DNA of 64,000 nucleotides from Porphyridium purpureum (Eukaryota): NCBI GenBank assembly GCA_008690995.1, contig VRMN01000005.1, positions 434,001 to 498,000 of the forward strand, read 5' to 3'. Shown piece by piece: positions 31,801 to 41,608 of this stretch (position 1 is its first letter; each line of letters starts with the position of its first letter). The notes under the pieces were generated by a model. It saw only the letters and a program-made list of their open reading frames with translations, ran no database searches and was not told where the DNA came from. The position numbers and the translations under genes were made by a program.

Positions 31801-32275
31801 GCATCATCTGTAACGCGGCGCCAAACCCGACGACACGCGGGAGGCGCTGCGTCCCACCCAGGCCGGGAATGATGCCCAGCTTCAATTCGGGGAGGCCAAA
31901 TGCGGCATTCTTCGACGCGACTCTGGCGGCGCAGCACAGCGCGAGCTCGAGGCCACCGCCGAGACACGTTCCCGCGACGGCGGCGACGACTGGCTTGGCG
32001 CAATTCTCGAGGCGATCGAAGTCGTCGGTGCTGCCGACTGCCGGCGCGTGCCCATCAGCAAACGCGGCGAACTCTGAGATATCCGCGCCTCCCGAGAAGA
32101 AGCCGCGGCGGTACTCGGCGCCCAGCACAATGGCCTTGACGGAGGGGTCCGCCTCGGCGGCGCGCACGGCCGCGGCCACGGCCTCTCGCAGCCGCCCAGA
32201 CAGCGCATTCACCGCATTCCCAGCAAACGTGATCACCACCACCCCATCCCCCACCTTCTTGCTCTCCACCTTCAT
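28853..32275 (-). CDS. Peroxisomal trifunctional beta-oxidation protein: enoyl-CoA hydratase + 3-hydroxyacyl-CoA dehydrogenase + 3-ketoacyl-CoA thiolase
   Basis: Uninterrupted 1140-aa ORF. Hydratase: FSGGADISEF, GGGLE, LPELKLG. Dehydrogenase: GGGLMG, HFFSPA, VGNCAGFAVNR. Thiolase: NRLCSSGL, NEAF, GHPLG, SMCIGTGMG. C-terminal SRL (PTS1). Confidence 0.95.
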   Translation of the reverse strand: MKVESKKVGDGVVVITFAGNAVNALSGRLREAVAAAVRAAEADPSVKAIVLGAEYRRGFFSGGADISEFAAFADGHAPAVGSTDDFDRLENCAKPVVAAVAGTCLGGGLELALCCAARVASKNAAFGLPELKLGIIPGLGGTQRLPRVVGFGAALQMMLASETISATRANELGLMDKLVDRPHDVETAAVAYAEMLAAQPSLRKFSLQRSDKIGSAEKCTQIAEATLQSKDFKKMSSNGSMPQFAGCVRAALHGAQHGGAAGLREEGRIFLECLSGPVSRALIHMFFAQRKQAAPLDLGASAVHPQQQQASAARPIQLVGVIGGGLMGAGIATVMAKAGIRVIIKEIDSNAAEAAHARVKRNLSEKYASALELVSVTTSWDDLSRIDMGIEAVLEDVKLKQEILKTMAQVAPSHCILGTNTSTINIDLVAALIPKEHYVQGRVIGAHFFSPAHLMPLWEIVQTHSTSPEVVKACIQLAKKCKKTPIVVGNCAGFAVNRMYFPQGQAASFAVTGLGVHPYDIDRAMADFGLALGAFKLLDQVGLDVGVAVGSTFDMAFAERTFNDGLLEALLATGRKGQKSGAGFYRYENKSRVPIADAEALEPLIQAARDKQVLARGAKLVSPNLSPSQLVELVLLPCVNEACRILEEKVVNEGSDLDLCSVFGYGFPHYRGGLLHWANEACGGPRGLVDRLRAMHELSGGLPLFAPSHALVRLAYNHCASICYAPRPRRTSGSPDDIVIVGALRTAVGRAYRGGLKDTQPEDLVAPVMARLLRDSGINPDDVDDVVLGMVLPRGDSGVVQTRVAGVFAGLPVTTPVRTINRLCSSGLQAIADAAASIQAGHYNIAMAGGVESMSGAPFTNKDLTMNPRAKEVEHAMDCYLSMGETSENVALRYGVPRDKQDRLAVVSHSRAGNSLLSRKQASEIVPIKTKVVIPPPKDDKAAQPQVRAITVEQDEGIRIGTSLKGMAKLKPVFQKDGTTTAGNSSQLSDGAAMTLLMKRSEARTRGLPIRATFRAFAVVGVDPAVMGIGPAEAIPAVLEKAGLVKEDIDLFEVNEAFGSQAEYCIDVLQLNRDIVNVNGGAIAIGHPLGMTGARLTVSIINELERRGGKYGVVSMCIGTGMGAAAVIEITDDATTSSRL

Positions 32276-33111
32276 CTTCCCTCTCTCCCTTCATCCACCA
32301 ACCCACACACCCACCACCTTCTCTCTCTCTCTCCCTCTCTCTCTTCCAATCCCCTCCTCCCCTTTCTCATTTGCGCCATTCCCCAGATTTCATCGCTCGT
32401 ATTTGAGCCGCACGCGGTACAGCTTCGCGGCTCAATGGTTCACTTTTCAAACACCCGAAAATCACAAAATCGCCACTTGCGCATAGGACTCTCACTGTAC
32501 CCAACACTGTCAGCAGCACTGAACACGCCTCAAAGTGGACGCGCGCCGAGCAGATTTTATGCGCCGTGGTTTCGCTTCCAGCCGAACGTGCGTGGGTTGG
32601 CCGCCGCATGCTCATGTGAGCCGTGCGTCTTCAACATTTCTCGTCGCGCCCCACGCGAGAACCCAGCGTGCATCACGCCATGGGGTGTGAATCGGCAGCG
32701 CGTGTCGCTGCTGATACCCAACAACAACGCTAGCCACATGCTCTGTGTCGAGCGGCACGCGAAAGGTATGCACACACGCCCACGACGCACAGCCCTCATC
32801 GCGCTCTTCTCGTGCTTCGCATCGACCATCGCCGCTTCTAATCGGTTAGAGTTTGGCGCTTTACCGATTAGCCGATACGCCGGCTCGGCATCAGTCGCAA
32901 CACGCGTTCACGCGGTACACCTGGCAGCCAAAGGAAAATCAGAACAGTGTACACCCGAAGTGTTTCCGATGGAAGCTTTATGAACTGAACGTCTACTGTA
33001 CCGCACCATGCTAGGATTTTTGGGGAAACAGGCGTGGGGTGTGGGGCGCGTGGATGGAGAGCGAGTCGTTCGAGTGACATCGGTGGTGGTTGTGGTGGTG
33101 GGCGGTCTGGG

Positions 33112-33801
33112 ATGGTGGCAGTGAGCGTGCCGGAAGCGGTCGTCGCGGTGTGCGGCGTGATTTTGTTCAGCTACACGACTTGCTTCGTGCCGGGCGATCC
33201 CAAATGGACAGAGCAGTTTGGTGCGGGCTCGGTGTATTTGACCCTGCAGACCAACGTGCTCTTGCAGCTGTTCTGTGTGTTCAATGTGGCTGTTGCGGCG
33301 CTGTGTTTCGCCTCGCCGGGCGCGGTGCCGAGGAAGGTGAGCGTCGCGCAGAATGCTTTGGACCGTGTGTTCTTCGCTTTGGGCATCTTTGTGTGCATCG
33401 GGTATTACGGACTGATTCATTTTGATCCTGCCATTCAAGGCATTATGGGCCGGTGGGACCCGAACTTTCATGTTCACACGCACCTTTTGCACGCCGGACC
33501 GGCTTTGTTCGGATTCCTAAATCTCCTGAGTCGGCCGCCGGCCACGCTAAACTTCCCTGGTAAGAGCGATTATATGCTACTCGTGGCCTATGCTATCGCG
33601 TACTCGACTTGGAGTAAGTTTTGCACCTGGATGAGAAACGGCGTCTTTCCGTATCCATTCCAGGCTCAGTTTGAACTGCATCACCATCTCCTATTCGACA
33701 TCGTATCTATCGTCGTGGTCTGCGGCTTCCTCTCGCTTGCACGCTACGTTACGCGCGCACGCATGGGCAGAGAACTTGGAAAGGCCGTGAAATCTACATG
33801 A
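33112..33801 (+). CDS. FAR-17a/AIG1/ADTRP-like multipass membrane protein
   Basis: About six hydrophobic segments, YLT, H..H and PYPF motifs. First ATG at 33112. Confidence 0.75.
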   Translation: MVAVSVPEAVVAVCGVILFSYTTCFVPGDPKWTEQFGAGSVYLTLQTNVLLQLFCVFNVAVAALCFASPGAVPRKVSVAQNALDRVFFALGIFVCIGYYGLIHFDPAIQGIMGRWDPNFHVHTHLLHAGPALFGFLNLLSRPPATLNFPGKSDYMLLVAYAIAYSTWSKFCTWMRNGVFPYPFQAQFELHHHLLFDIVSIVVVCGFLSLARYVTRARMGRELGKAVKST

Positions 33802-33954
33802 ATCAGCGAGGAGACGCAAACCGAACACTGCACCGCTCAAAAGCGGCCGTATTCCACATTAACCACTTCGGTCCGAGAATAAGGCCGAAACGAGCGCCTG
33901 CGTTTCCTGTGCTCAGCACACAAAGTACACACGACGGCACCCAGTTCGCTTTTC

Positions 33955-36654
33955 CTACTGCCCAACGCGGCGCTTGAGCTTGGAGCGGCAAGAGCTCAAC
34001 AGTGCATCACCGTCATACCCGGAGCCGCACGACTTGAGCTCGTTTAGAAGCTTGTTGGCGCGCCCATCGTTCCCTTGTAAATGCTCCGCACACGCTGCGT
34101 CATATAGTGCGTACGGCCGCACCCATTTCTCCTCTTTGACAGTGATCTTCTCAAGACGGTATTGGTATGCCAAGAACATATCCATGTATTCGCTGCGTCG
34201 AGGCTCACATTTTTCCGCAGCAACGCGGCAAAGGGAGACCAAGCAGTACAAGGCGACCGCCGCCTCTTCCGCGAGAGGTGCGGCACCCCCCGACGAACCT
34301 GCAGACGACGTGGAAAATGAGGCTCGATTGCCCATGAGCTTGCGCCCAAAGACAAGTGATCCACGCGAGCGCGCACCTGAAGACGCCGCATCCCCGACGT
34401 CCAAGCTTTCTGAGCTCTTCGACGCTTCGATGCTGACCAAAGGTTCCAGTTGCTCGAGCACCAAATTAAGGCGCGTGATACAACGAGAAATGTCCTGCAA
34501 GAGCATGGGCGTGTGCGCAAAAGAGCACACAAGCAATTCACAATACATCACTTCTGCGAGCGCGTGCTTGGATCGCCGCAAAAACGCACGCGCCTTGCTC
34601 TGAAAAAGCGCTTCGGTTTCGGATACAAAACTGTGCGGCTGGAGTTGCGATCCCTGCGCAAAGAGTGCACGGGCAGCCTCTGCGTGGCTCGGACCGCGCA
34701 TCATGAGAGCAATTCCCTTGCATACGCATGCATAAATTGGAAAGTCAGTCGGCTGGGCCGCTTTCAGCCGCGCAGACGCGAACAGCTCCGTCTGCTCAAA
34801 TTCTCGTGCAAGCAAAGAGGTAAAAACCGCATCATTGATCATGCGCTCGGGCATGCTGATCCCGCTAGCAAGTGCCTGCGGCCGGAGACCTTCCCTACGA
34901 GCAAATGAAGCGGAGGCCTTTTCAAGGTAACTGAGCGCCTCTTGGTTCTCGCCCGCTTTCCGACACCACACGGCGCGCAACCACAAAAAGAGCGGAGAAC
35001 CTGGCAGACGTTCTAGTGCCGCGCGTGTAATGCGCAGTCCAATGGCTAGACGCGTGACTTCGGAGAGTTCCTTGTGCGAGTCGGCAAAGCTTGAAAATTC
35101 CAGCAGATCCCAGGAGAGCGTGTGCATGCACAGCAGCGAGCGCAAAGAAATTCGAAACGCTGGTAGCTCGTTTTCGAGCAGGTTTTCGTCCTTGGTCACT
35201 GCTGACGCGCAGCCTTCGACGAGAAGCTGTAGCCCCATCGCACGGTCGGCCACAAAGCCGACCGCTTCGAGAACTTTGGTCAACGACGGTGGCGCCAGAG
35301 CCAGCACGAGAAGGAAGAACCCTACACCGAAGCGCCAGATAGCGTTAAATCCAATATATTCACGCGCACCGAGCTCACGACACACGATGTGCTCCATTTT
35401 GTTCCATTCTATGTCTTTTGGTGTCGCCTCGGTGCGGGGCCATTCAGATTCGGCCTCTTCCAGCTTGAGCTCTGTCAGGTTGAGCGGTATCGTCTGCTTG
35501 TGTATGTTGCTCTTCTCGTAGCAACCCCACGCAGTGCGCAAATAATAGAGCCCCTTCATCGACCCACCAGTGTATAAGCTGAGCACAGACCGCCAAAACG
35601 TGGCGTCTGCATACACGCTTCGAGCGTCTTCGAGATCAAAGCGAAGCACCCACCAGCGGTGCGATTCCTGCTCCACCTGGCTCATCGCAGCCTCTACTTC
35701 TTTCGCGGCGCTTTCAGCGCGATCTGCAGCCACATTGTAAAGCTCCAAAGCGCGTTTGGCTTCGGCTTTATCGCCTGTCAGCCAGACGCGCATATTCACG
35801 GCCTCAGCATGAAACAAAAGGTCTCGAGGGTGCGGCTTGGTACTCTTCCAGGCGTACGGAAATTCGCGTCGTTTGCTACTATTGCTCATGTTGAGCAATC
35901 TACCCGTCATCCGTGTCGCCCCGCTGGGCAGCTGGATTGGCGCGACCAGCCCGCCCCGTGAACGCTGGGCAAAATACTTTTCGGCTTGACTGAAAGCGCC
36001 TGAATATATGAGCTCCACACCGAAGCGCAGAGGCGTCCCATCTTCAGTCCCTCCAATTCCGTTCGTGAATGTGAGACTAGTGCTGAAGCCTACCTTTTTG
36101 AAGCTCTGGTCATGGCTCGGCCAGTTTCCAGCGTCTTGATGTCTACGCGAGTCGAGCATGTTTGCATCGTCTGCGTCAAAGTACACGGTGCCGTGTGTAC
36201 TGGCTATGGACACGGTGGCATCCGGGTCGCCCTCGTCCGGTTCCTGGTAGTCGATGGACTCAAACGTACAGGAGTAAAACTCCTCCTCTAGCATGCGGTC
36301 AAGCTCTTCGTACTCTGAAGTGCGATCCTCTGCCACCGCAAGATCGACTTCCGCAACGTCAATATTATCAACAATGTTGTCTTGCTCGCCCTTGGACGAC
36401 ATACTCATGCGCTTATCCCTTTTCTTCTTCTTTGTCTTCTTTTTAGACGAGAGGCGCTGCCGCAACTTCGCCTCCAACACGCCCATTTTCCGCTCGGACT
36501 CTGCAAAGACGCGTGTGACCCTGTCTGCAAATACCTGCGACTCCTCTTCCGTCGACACCGTGTTCAAGCTACGCGTCGCCTCGGCATCGTCGACGCCCTC
36601 TGCGAGCCATTTGCTCAGCAGCTTGTACTTGACTTCGGTCCAGGACGTCTTCAT
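33955..36654 (-). CDS. IML2/TTC39-like TPR protein
   Basis: FGVGFFLLVLALAPPSLTKVLEAVGFVADRAMGL matches the Iml2/TTC39 core motif, with helical repeats. 5' end uncertain; first ATG at 36654. Confidence 0.75.
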   Translation of the reverse strand: MKTSWTEVKYKLLSKWLAEGVDDAEATRSLNTVSTEEESQVFADRVTRVFAESERKMGVLEAKLRQRLSSKKKTKKKKRDKRMSMSSKGEQDNIVDNIDVAEVDLAVAEDRTSEYEELDRMLEEEFYSCTFESIDYQEPDEGDPDATVSIASTHGTVYFDADDANMLDSRRHQDAGNWPSHDQSFKKVGFSTSLTFTNGIGGTEDGTPLRFGVELIYSGAFSQAEKYFAQRSRGGLVAPIQLPSGATRMTGRLLNMSNSSKRREFPYAWKSTKPHPRDLLFHAEAVNMRVWLTGDKAEAKRALELYNVAADRAESAAKEVEAAMSQVEQESHRWWVLRFDLEDARSVYADATFWRSVLSLYTGGSMKGLYYLRTAWGCYEKSNIHKQTIPLNLTELKLEEAESEWPRTEATPKDIEWNKMEHIVCRELGAREYIGFNAIWRFGVGFFLLVLALAPPSLTKVLEAVGFVADRAMGLQLLVEGCASAVTKDENLLENELPAFRISLRSLLCMHTLSWDLLEFSSFADSHKELSEVTRLAIGLRITRAALERLPGSPLFLWLRAVWCRKAGENQEALSYLEKASASFARREGLRPQALASGISMPERMINDAVFTSLLAREFEQTELFASARLKAAQPTDFPIYACVCKGIALMMRGPSHAEAARALFAQGSQLQPHSFVSETEALFQSKARAFLRRSKHALAEVMYCELLVCSFAHTPMLLQDISRCITRLNLVLEQLEPLVSIEASKSSESLDVGDAASSGARSRGSLVFGRKLMGNRASFSTSSAGSSGGAAPLAEEAAVALYCLVSLCRVAAEKCEPRRSEYMDMFLAYQYRLEKITVKEEKWVRPYALYDAACAEHLQGNDGRANKLLNELKSCGSGYDGDALLSSCRSKLKRRVGQ

Positions 36655-36944
36655 TCTCACCAGGTCATAGCCACCGTGCACTAGCCACGGAACACCGCAC
36701 GAAGCTCAAATGCGGGGATGAGCGCGCGACGAGGAACGCCAGATCCGCCACGCCGCGCTGAGATTCTGCGTGCGTGTGCTTGCGTCAACAATCAGTCCTT
36801 CTGCACGTGCGTACACATCAGCCAGGCGCGACCCTGCTTAGCAGCGTGTCATCCAACGTGCGTTGGAAACAAGTAGGGTTCAAAACTGTACCATACCGAC
36901 ATTTTAGTAGTGTACAGTTATTTTGCGTCCATTTGGTCGCGCCT

Positions 36945-39734
36945 CTACGAGGCAAACTCCGAAGCCATGCGCCGCGCGTCACGCCGTCGCCGTGCTTCTC
37001 CACGAGCCCCGAGCTTGTTGAGAGATGCGTCGGGCAATGACGTGACCGCGTGATCGCCAATCTTCATCATCCTGCTACTACTTTTCCGGTCGGCTTTCGC
37101 CGAAGCGGCGCCAGGAGAATCCACGTGGGTGTGTTCATTGGTGTTCGCGTTCGCTTTGTGATGTGTTCGACTGGAACCGCTGCTGCGACCTTGCTTGACA
37201 AGGGAGTCCAATTCGGCAGGAGATCGATTCAGACCAAAGCTGCGAGCAAGGTGGCCTAGGTGAATGCCCTTGATGTTGAAGATGTGCCGCGTGGCCCGCG
37301 CGTGTGTCGCGTACGCACGGACGTACGCTCGGAACGCAGAGGCCGCAAGGCGCCGCAGCTCTTGACCCCGAGCGGCACGCTCTTTCTGTAGAGCATCATT
37401 GCTCGCAGAGGTTGCGAGTGCCTTCGCATCTGTTACTTTTTCTTGTCGCGAGGGAGGAGTTTCGCCGTCACTGTCTTCATCATCTTCACCCTCGCGCACA
37501 CTGCTCTCGTGCTTGTTCTTCTGCGTCTCGTCATATCCCTGCCGAGATACCTTACTTGGCTGCAGGCCTTTTTCCACGGCGCTGCTGATGGTCTCCTGCA
37601 TGGTTCGGGTGACCGTCCGGGCAAGTTGTCCAAGTGACAACCCTTCGTACGCAGGGTTCCCCAAAAGAAGAGCGGCCAGCGTCGCATCGCATGACACTTC
37701 CTTCAACTCAAGCCCTCGCTGCTGCAACACCCGCGCGTACTCTGCCTCGGAAGGCAATAGGAACAGAAGTGAGTCACCCTGCATACCAATACGAGCGGTG
37801 CGACCGGCGCGGTGCAAGTATTCCACACTTTCGTCCTTGGTGGGCGGGTCGTACTGCAACGTGAGCGAGAGGTGAGGCAAGTCCAACCCACGTGCACCAA
37901 CGTCCGTGCATAGCAGTACGCCACGCTTGGCCAACCGGAATGCGTGAAAGGCACGGTTGCGCTCTTCCTGCACCATCTGGCCATGAATCTTGAAAACGGG
38001 CACACCGCAGAGAGAGTTCTGCAGAGAAGCTCCACTGCTTCCAGGCCCCGTGCCCGACTTCAACTTGTCCACGCCAAAGTCGACACCTTTGTCGTATCGA
38101 AGCACTGGAGGAAGTTCCACATTGCGCAGAAGTAAGTAGTGAAAGTCAACCGAGTCACAGCTGGAGAAGAAAACCATTGATTTCGCAAACGCGCTTCTGG
38201 ATCGCAGCCGCAACACACAAATTAAAGCCACCAAGCGGTGTTTGGCCTCAACCAAGCAAAAATGTTGGCGGAGCTGCGCTGGTGCGCGCAGTGCTTGCGT
38301 ACCAGGTGTGTCTGTCACCACTTTCTCCTCCTCTTCCAACTGGGCAGCCGTTTGTAAATGCTGCCCATCGGTCCCGCCCATAACAATACTTATCGGATTG
38401 TGCAGCGCCGTATCGGCCAGATGTTTCACGCTACCCGGCATGGTCGCCGACACCAAAAAATTACTGCGTCGTTTCAGTCCTTCTACCTTTCTTGTTGCAG
38501 CACCTGACTGAACTGCAGCACCGCCGCCTTCGCCTTTGTCACCTTCTACTGCGTACAAGTCGAGTTGCCGTACGATCTCTCGGATAGCGTCCTCAAAGCC
38601 CAGATCCATGAGACGGTCTGCTTCGTCAAAAACAAGAAACTCCACGAGCTTCAGTGAAAGACTTTGCGTGTTTTCCATGTGATCGAGCAAGCGCCCTGGT
38701 GTGGAGACAATCACCGTTATTCCTTTGCGAATCCGCGCTTTTTCACTCTTCCGTCGCTCTCCTCCCATTATGGAACCCACGACGATCCAGTGCCATGGAT
38801 GCAGTAACTGGCGCGCGACCATTTCGACTTGAGCGGCCAATTCACGGGTCGGCGTTAGAATGATCGCACGTGCCCCGTCTGAGCGTTCGACGCGCTTGCG
38901 TCGGATAAGTAGCGCTTCCGCAATTGGTAGCAGATACGCTAGCGTCTTTCCCGAGCCCGTTTCAGATCGAATGATCATATCTACTCGCCGCGAAAGTATT
39001 CTTGACTCATGCGCATGGATCGCGTGCATGTATGCGCGTACAACGCTACTCTGCACCGGGGTAGGCTCCGTGAAACCCATTCTTCGCGCAAGATGACCAG
39101 CCAACGACGAGTTCAGGTTCAGCGCAAGAAATGCTGCTGTGTCATTCTCGGTCAGAGGGGATAATTTTATCCGCTGAGCCTCATCTTCATCTTCATGGTC
39201 GTCAGCGGTTCGTTCGGCGCGCTGGTGCGCGTGCACAAAGTCATTCACAGCGTCCAGCTGCTTTTTCTCCAGTGCAAGATCTGCATCGCTGACGTATTGA
39301 TGCCCGCGTCCATGTTTGTGTCGTGCGACAGGCTGAAGCGGGCTGTGTCCATCCTCTTGTTCAATCCTTCGCTTACGACCACCATGAAGTTGGCGCTTTT
39401 CCAACTGGACTTCATATCGTGCTGGGCGCTCAGCTCGAGTTCCAAGAGGCGCCTTCGCGCGTTGTGTTCTGTCTTCGTAGAGCACATCGCTGTCTCCGTC
39501 CTGTTTTTCTTCTGCGCCGTTCGTCTGTGGCACATGATCCTGGTGACCGTCCGCTGCTGGGCGTTGTAGTCGCAAGCGCTTTGACGCGCGCCACTTTTGC
39601 TTTTTGTAGCTTCCGTGCCCCGCCCGGAACCAGTCATCCCCAGCACTTTTCGGAGCGGCACCTGCCGATACCGCTTGCCCGCCGCCGTCCTCGAGACCGG
39701 CAAGGTTCAGCGCGAAGTCGAACGTGTCGGCCAT
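36945..39734 (-). CDS. DBP7: DEAD-box RNA helicase DBP7/DDX31-like
   Basis: SETGSGKT, PTRELA, GGERRKSEKARIRKG, DEAD, SAT, HRAGRTAR, C-terminal HLGHLARSFGL. Confidence 0.92.
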   Translation of the reverse strand: MADTFDFALNLAGLEDGGGQAVSAGAAPKSAGDDWFRAGHGSYKKQKWRASKRLRLQRPAADGHQDHVPQTNGAEEKQDGDSDVLYEDRTQRAKAPLGTRAERPARYEVQLEKRQLHGGRKRRIEQEDGHSPLQPVARHKHGRGHQYVSDADLALEKKQLDAVNDFVHAHQRAERTADDHEDEDEAQRIKLSPLTENDTAAFLALNLNSSLAGHLARRMGFTEPTPVQSSVVRAYMHAIHAHESRILSRRVDMIIRSETGSGKTLAYLLPIAEALLIRRKRVERSDGARAIILTPTRELAAQVEMVARQLLHPWHWIVVGSIMGGERRKSEKARIRKGITVIVSTPGRLLDHMENTQSLSLKLVEFLVFDEADRLMDLGFEDAIREIVRQLDLYAVEGDKGEGGGAAVQSGAATRKVEGLKRRSNFLVSATMPGSVKHLADTALHNPISIVMGGTDGQHLQTAAQLEEEEKVVTDTPGTQALRAPAQLRQHFCLVEAKHRLVALICVLRLRSRSAFAKSMVFFSSCDSVDFHYLLLRNVELPPVLRYDKGVDFGVDKLKSGTGPGSSGASLQNSLCGVPVFKIHGQMVQEERNRAFHAFRLAKRGVLLCTDVGARGLDLPHLSLTLQYDPPTKDESVEYLHRAGRTARIGMQGDSLLFLLPSEAEYARVLQQRGLELKEVSCDATLAALLLGNPAYEGLSLGQLARTVTRTMQETISSAVEKGLQPSKVSRQGYDETQKNKHESSVREGEDDEDSDGETPPSRQEKVTDAKALATSASNDALQKERAARGQELRRLAASAFRAYVRAYATHARATRHIFNIKGIHLGHLARSFGLNRSPAELDSLVKQGRSSGSSRTHHKANANTNEHTHVDSPGAASAKADRKSSSRMMKIGDHAVTSLPDASLNKLGARGEARRRRDARRMASEFAS

Positions 39735-40038
39735 CTTCGCTTGACAATGCCCGCACGCGGACGCTGCTTGGTCGCCGCACGGCGGAGGGCAGAGAATCTC
39801 GTTTGCTTTCAAGGGAGCTCCGTTCACTGCCGCGATTTACGCGAAAGCCGCGAGCATCCACCGGACTTTCCACTCGCGCTCCAAAGAGGGAATGCTTGTG
39901 ACAGATTCAGAGGCCTGCACGTCCGTGAACACACTTTATTTTTTGGAGGACGACGAGAACTTCCAACAAGGCCCGGAGCTTGTTTTCGCGGGCCTTTCAA
40001 GCAAACCAGGGGCCGGAACAGGAGTGCAAACCGCGAGA

Positions 40039-40377
40039 TTAGGCGAACGTGGAGCCGTTCCATCCGTAGTCAGCGCCGTTGGGCGCGTTAATCTCGACGT
40101 ACACCCGATCCTTGGCAAGTCCAAGCTCGCGCTCAAGAAGTGTGAACACATGTCCGCAGATCGCCTTGTTATCCTTGAACCCACCGAGATTGACAAGCAC
40201 TACGTAGCCGCACGGGTCGGCGCTGCCGCCAAAGCTCATCGGCGTGTCGGCGCGCACGCTCACGCACACGAACTTCTCCGGCTTGCCCGTAATCTGCGCC
40301 ATCAGCTTGCTTGCCTTGGCGTTAAACTTGGCGCTGTCCGCGACAGCGACATTCGTCGTCAGCATAAACGATGGCAT
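40039..40377 (-). CDS. MIF: Macrophage migration inhibitory factor (MIF)/tautomerase family protein
   Basis: N-terminal catalytic Pro (MPSF..TNV), GKPE, MSFGGS.DP, DRVY, GWNGSTF; 112 aa. Confidence 0.93.
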   Translation of the reverse strand: MPSFMLTTNVAVADSAKFNAKASKLMAQITGKPEKFVCVSVRADTPMSFGGSADPCGYVVLVNLGGFKDNKAICGHVFTLLERELGLAKDRVYVEINAPNGADYGWNGSTFA

Positions 40378-40497
40378 CTTCTATATTCCACAGGGGTAAT
40401 CTCTCCCACAAGGTCTCTGCCCGCCAGACGTCTTCTCTTGCACAGCGTCCTCTCGAATCCCAGCCACGGATCTTGCTCCCAGCAACTTTGCGCTACC

Positions 40498-41553
40498 TTA
40501 CGACTTGGAACTACGAGGAGCGAAGATTCTTGGGTCTACGGAGCGCAAGATGACTCGATCTGGTGGATGATCGACGGGCCCGTTTTCAAACGTATAGCTG
40601 ACTGCAACGGCGAAGCGTGTTTGGCACGAGCTGAGGGCCAGAGAAGACACGCTGGTGTCGTACGTGGCAAGCTGCATGATTTTTTTCCGGGCAAGTGCAT
40701 CCCAGATGCACACTGAGCCGTCACCCCCACCAGACACAAAGGTGGAGTGTTCACGCAGCATCAGCAAAGTGTTCACAGGATAGATCGTGGTGTCGCGGCG
40801 GTGGCATCGGAATGCATACGCCTCCTCGGCGCTGCTGGTGTTGCTTCGTGGCAAGTGCACGGCAATGCGCCCTTCTGTGCTCCCTGCCACGAAGCCTGTA
40901 CGTTCCGAACTGCCAAAGAGCTCGACGCAGCGCAGCTGATGAGTGAGCAGGCACGAGCGTCGACTCACGGTCTGGTCAGTACGTCCGCGTACATCGATGT
41001 CGTATACGCAGTTGTCTGAACACGCGACGGCGATGCGTGCGCCGTCATTGCCATCCTCCACGACGGGTCGACTGAGCGCAAAGCACTTTTCTGCCAGCTT
41101 GTGCTGCCACACCGGAGCACCGCCTTGCGAGGTGTTCTGTCGAGGGTCCCATCCACAGACCAGCCCATCCCAACCGGTGCTTATCACTAGGCCTGAAAGC
41201 CACGCCACATTTCGCGCACCCTTGGTGTGCGCACCAAGCTTGCGCGAGCCGTGACTGGACTTTATTTCTAGCGCCTGATAATCACACTCGGCGTTTAATT
41301 CATTCACCGAACCGTCCAGGCACGCAGTATACAGCCACCTCTCATCGTCTTCTCGCAGTGCCACGTCTAGAACTGGACAACGGTCCGTCTCGGCGCAACC
41401 CAGGATGCTCGTCAGTGGGGCGCCATCCTGAAGCCGGAACACGCTCACCAAACCATCCCAGGAACTAGTCACGAGTGCCTCCTTTCCAATGCGCACTGCA
41501 CTCACGGCATCGTGCAGCTGAAGCACTTGTTCACGTCCGTCTCCGACATCCAT
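40498..41553 (-). CDS. BUB3: Mitotic checkpoint WD40 protein BUB3 (Bub3/Rae1 family)
   Basis: SSWDG, STGWDG, STEGRIAV, YAFRCHR, YPVN, AVAVSYTFE. First ATG at 41553. Confidence 0.85.
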   Translation of the reverse strand: MDVGDGREQVLQLHDAVSAVRIGKEALVTSSWDGLVSVFRLQDGAPLTSILGCAETDRCPVLDVALREDDERWLYTACLDGSVNELNAECDYQALEIKSSHGSRKLGAHTKGARNVAWLSGLVISTGWDGLVCGWDPRQNTSQGGAPVWQHKLAEKCFALSRPVVEDGNDGARIAVACSDNCVYDIDVRGRTDQTVSRRSCLLTHQLRCVELFGSSERTGFVAGSTEGRIAVHLPRSNTSSAEEAYAFRCHRRDTTIYPVNTLLMLREHSTFVSGGGDGSVCIWDALARKKIMQLATYDTSVSSLALSSCQTRFAVAVSYTFENGPVDHPPDRVILRSVDPRIFAPRSSKS

Positions 41554-41608
41554 GCCAGTTAGAATAGGAACCGAGGTTGGCACGTAAAGCACGCAAACGC
41601 TGACGACA

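Noticed and set aside
31056..32486. Long antisense ORFs (also 23714-24748, 44294-45136, 46127-47329, 57095-58018 and others)
   Set aside because: They are shadow frames opposite well-supported genes in GC-rich DNA and carry no recognisable motifs.
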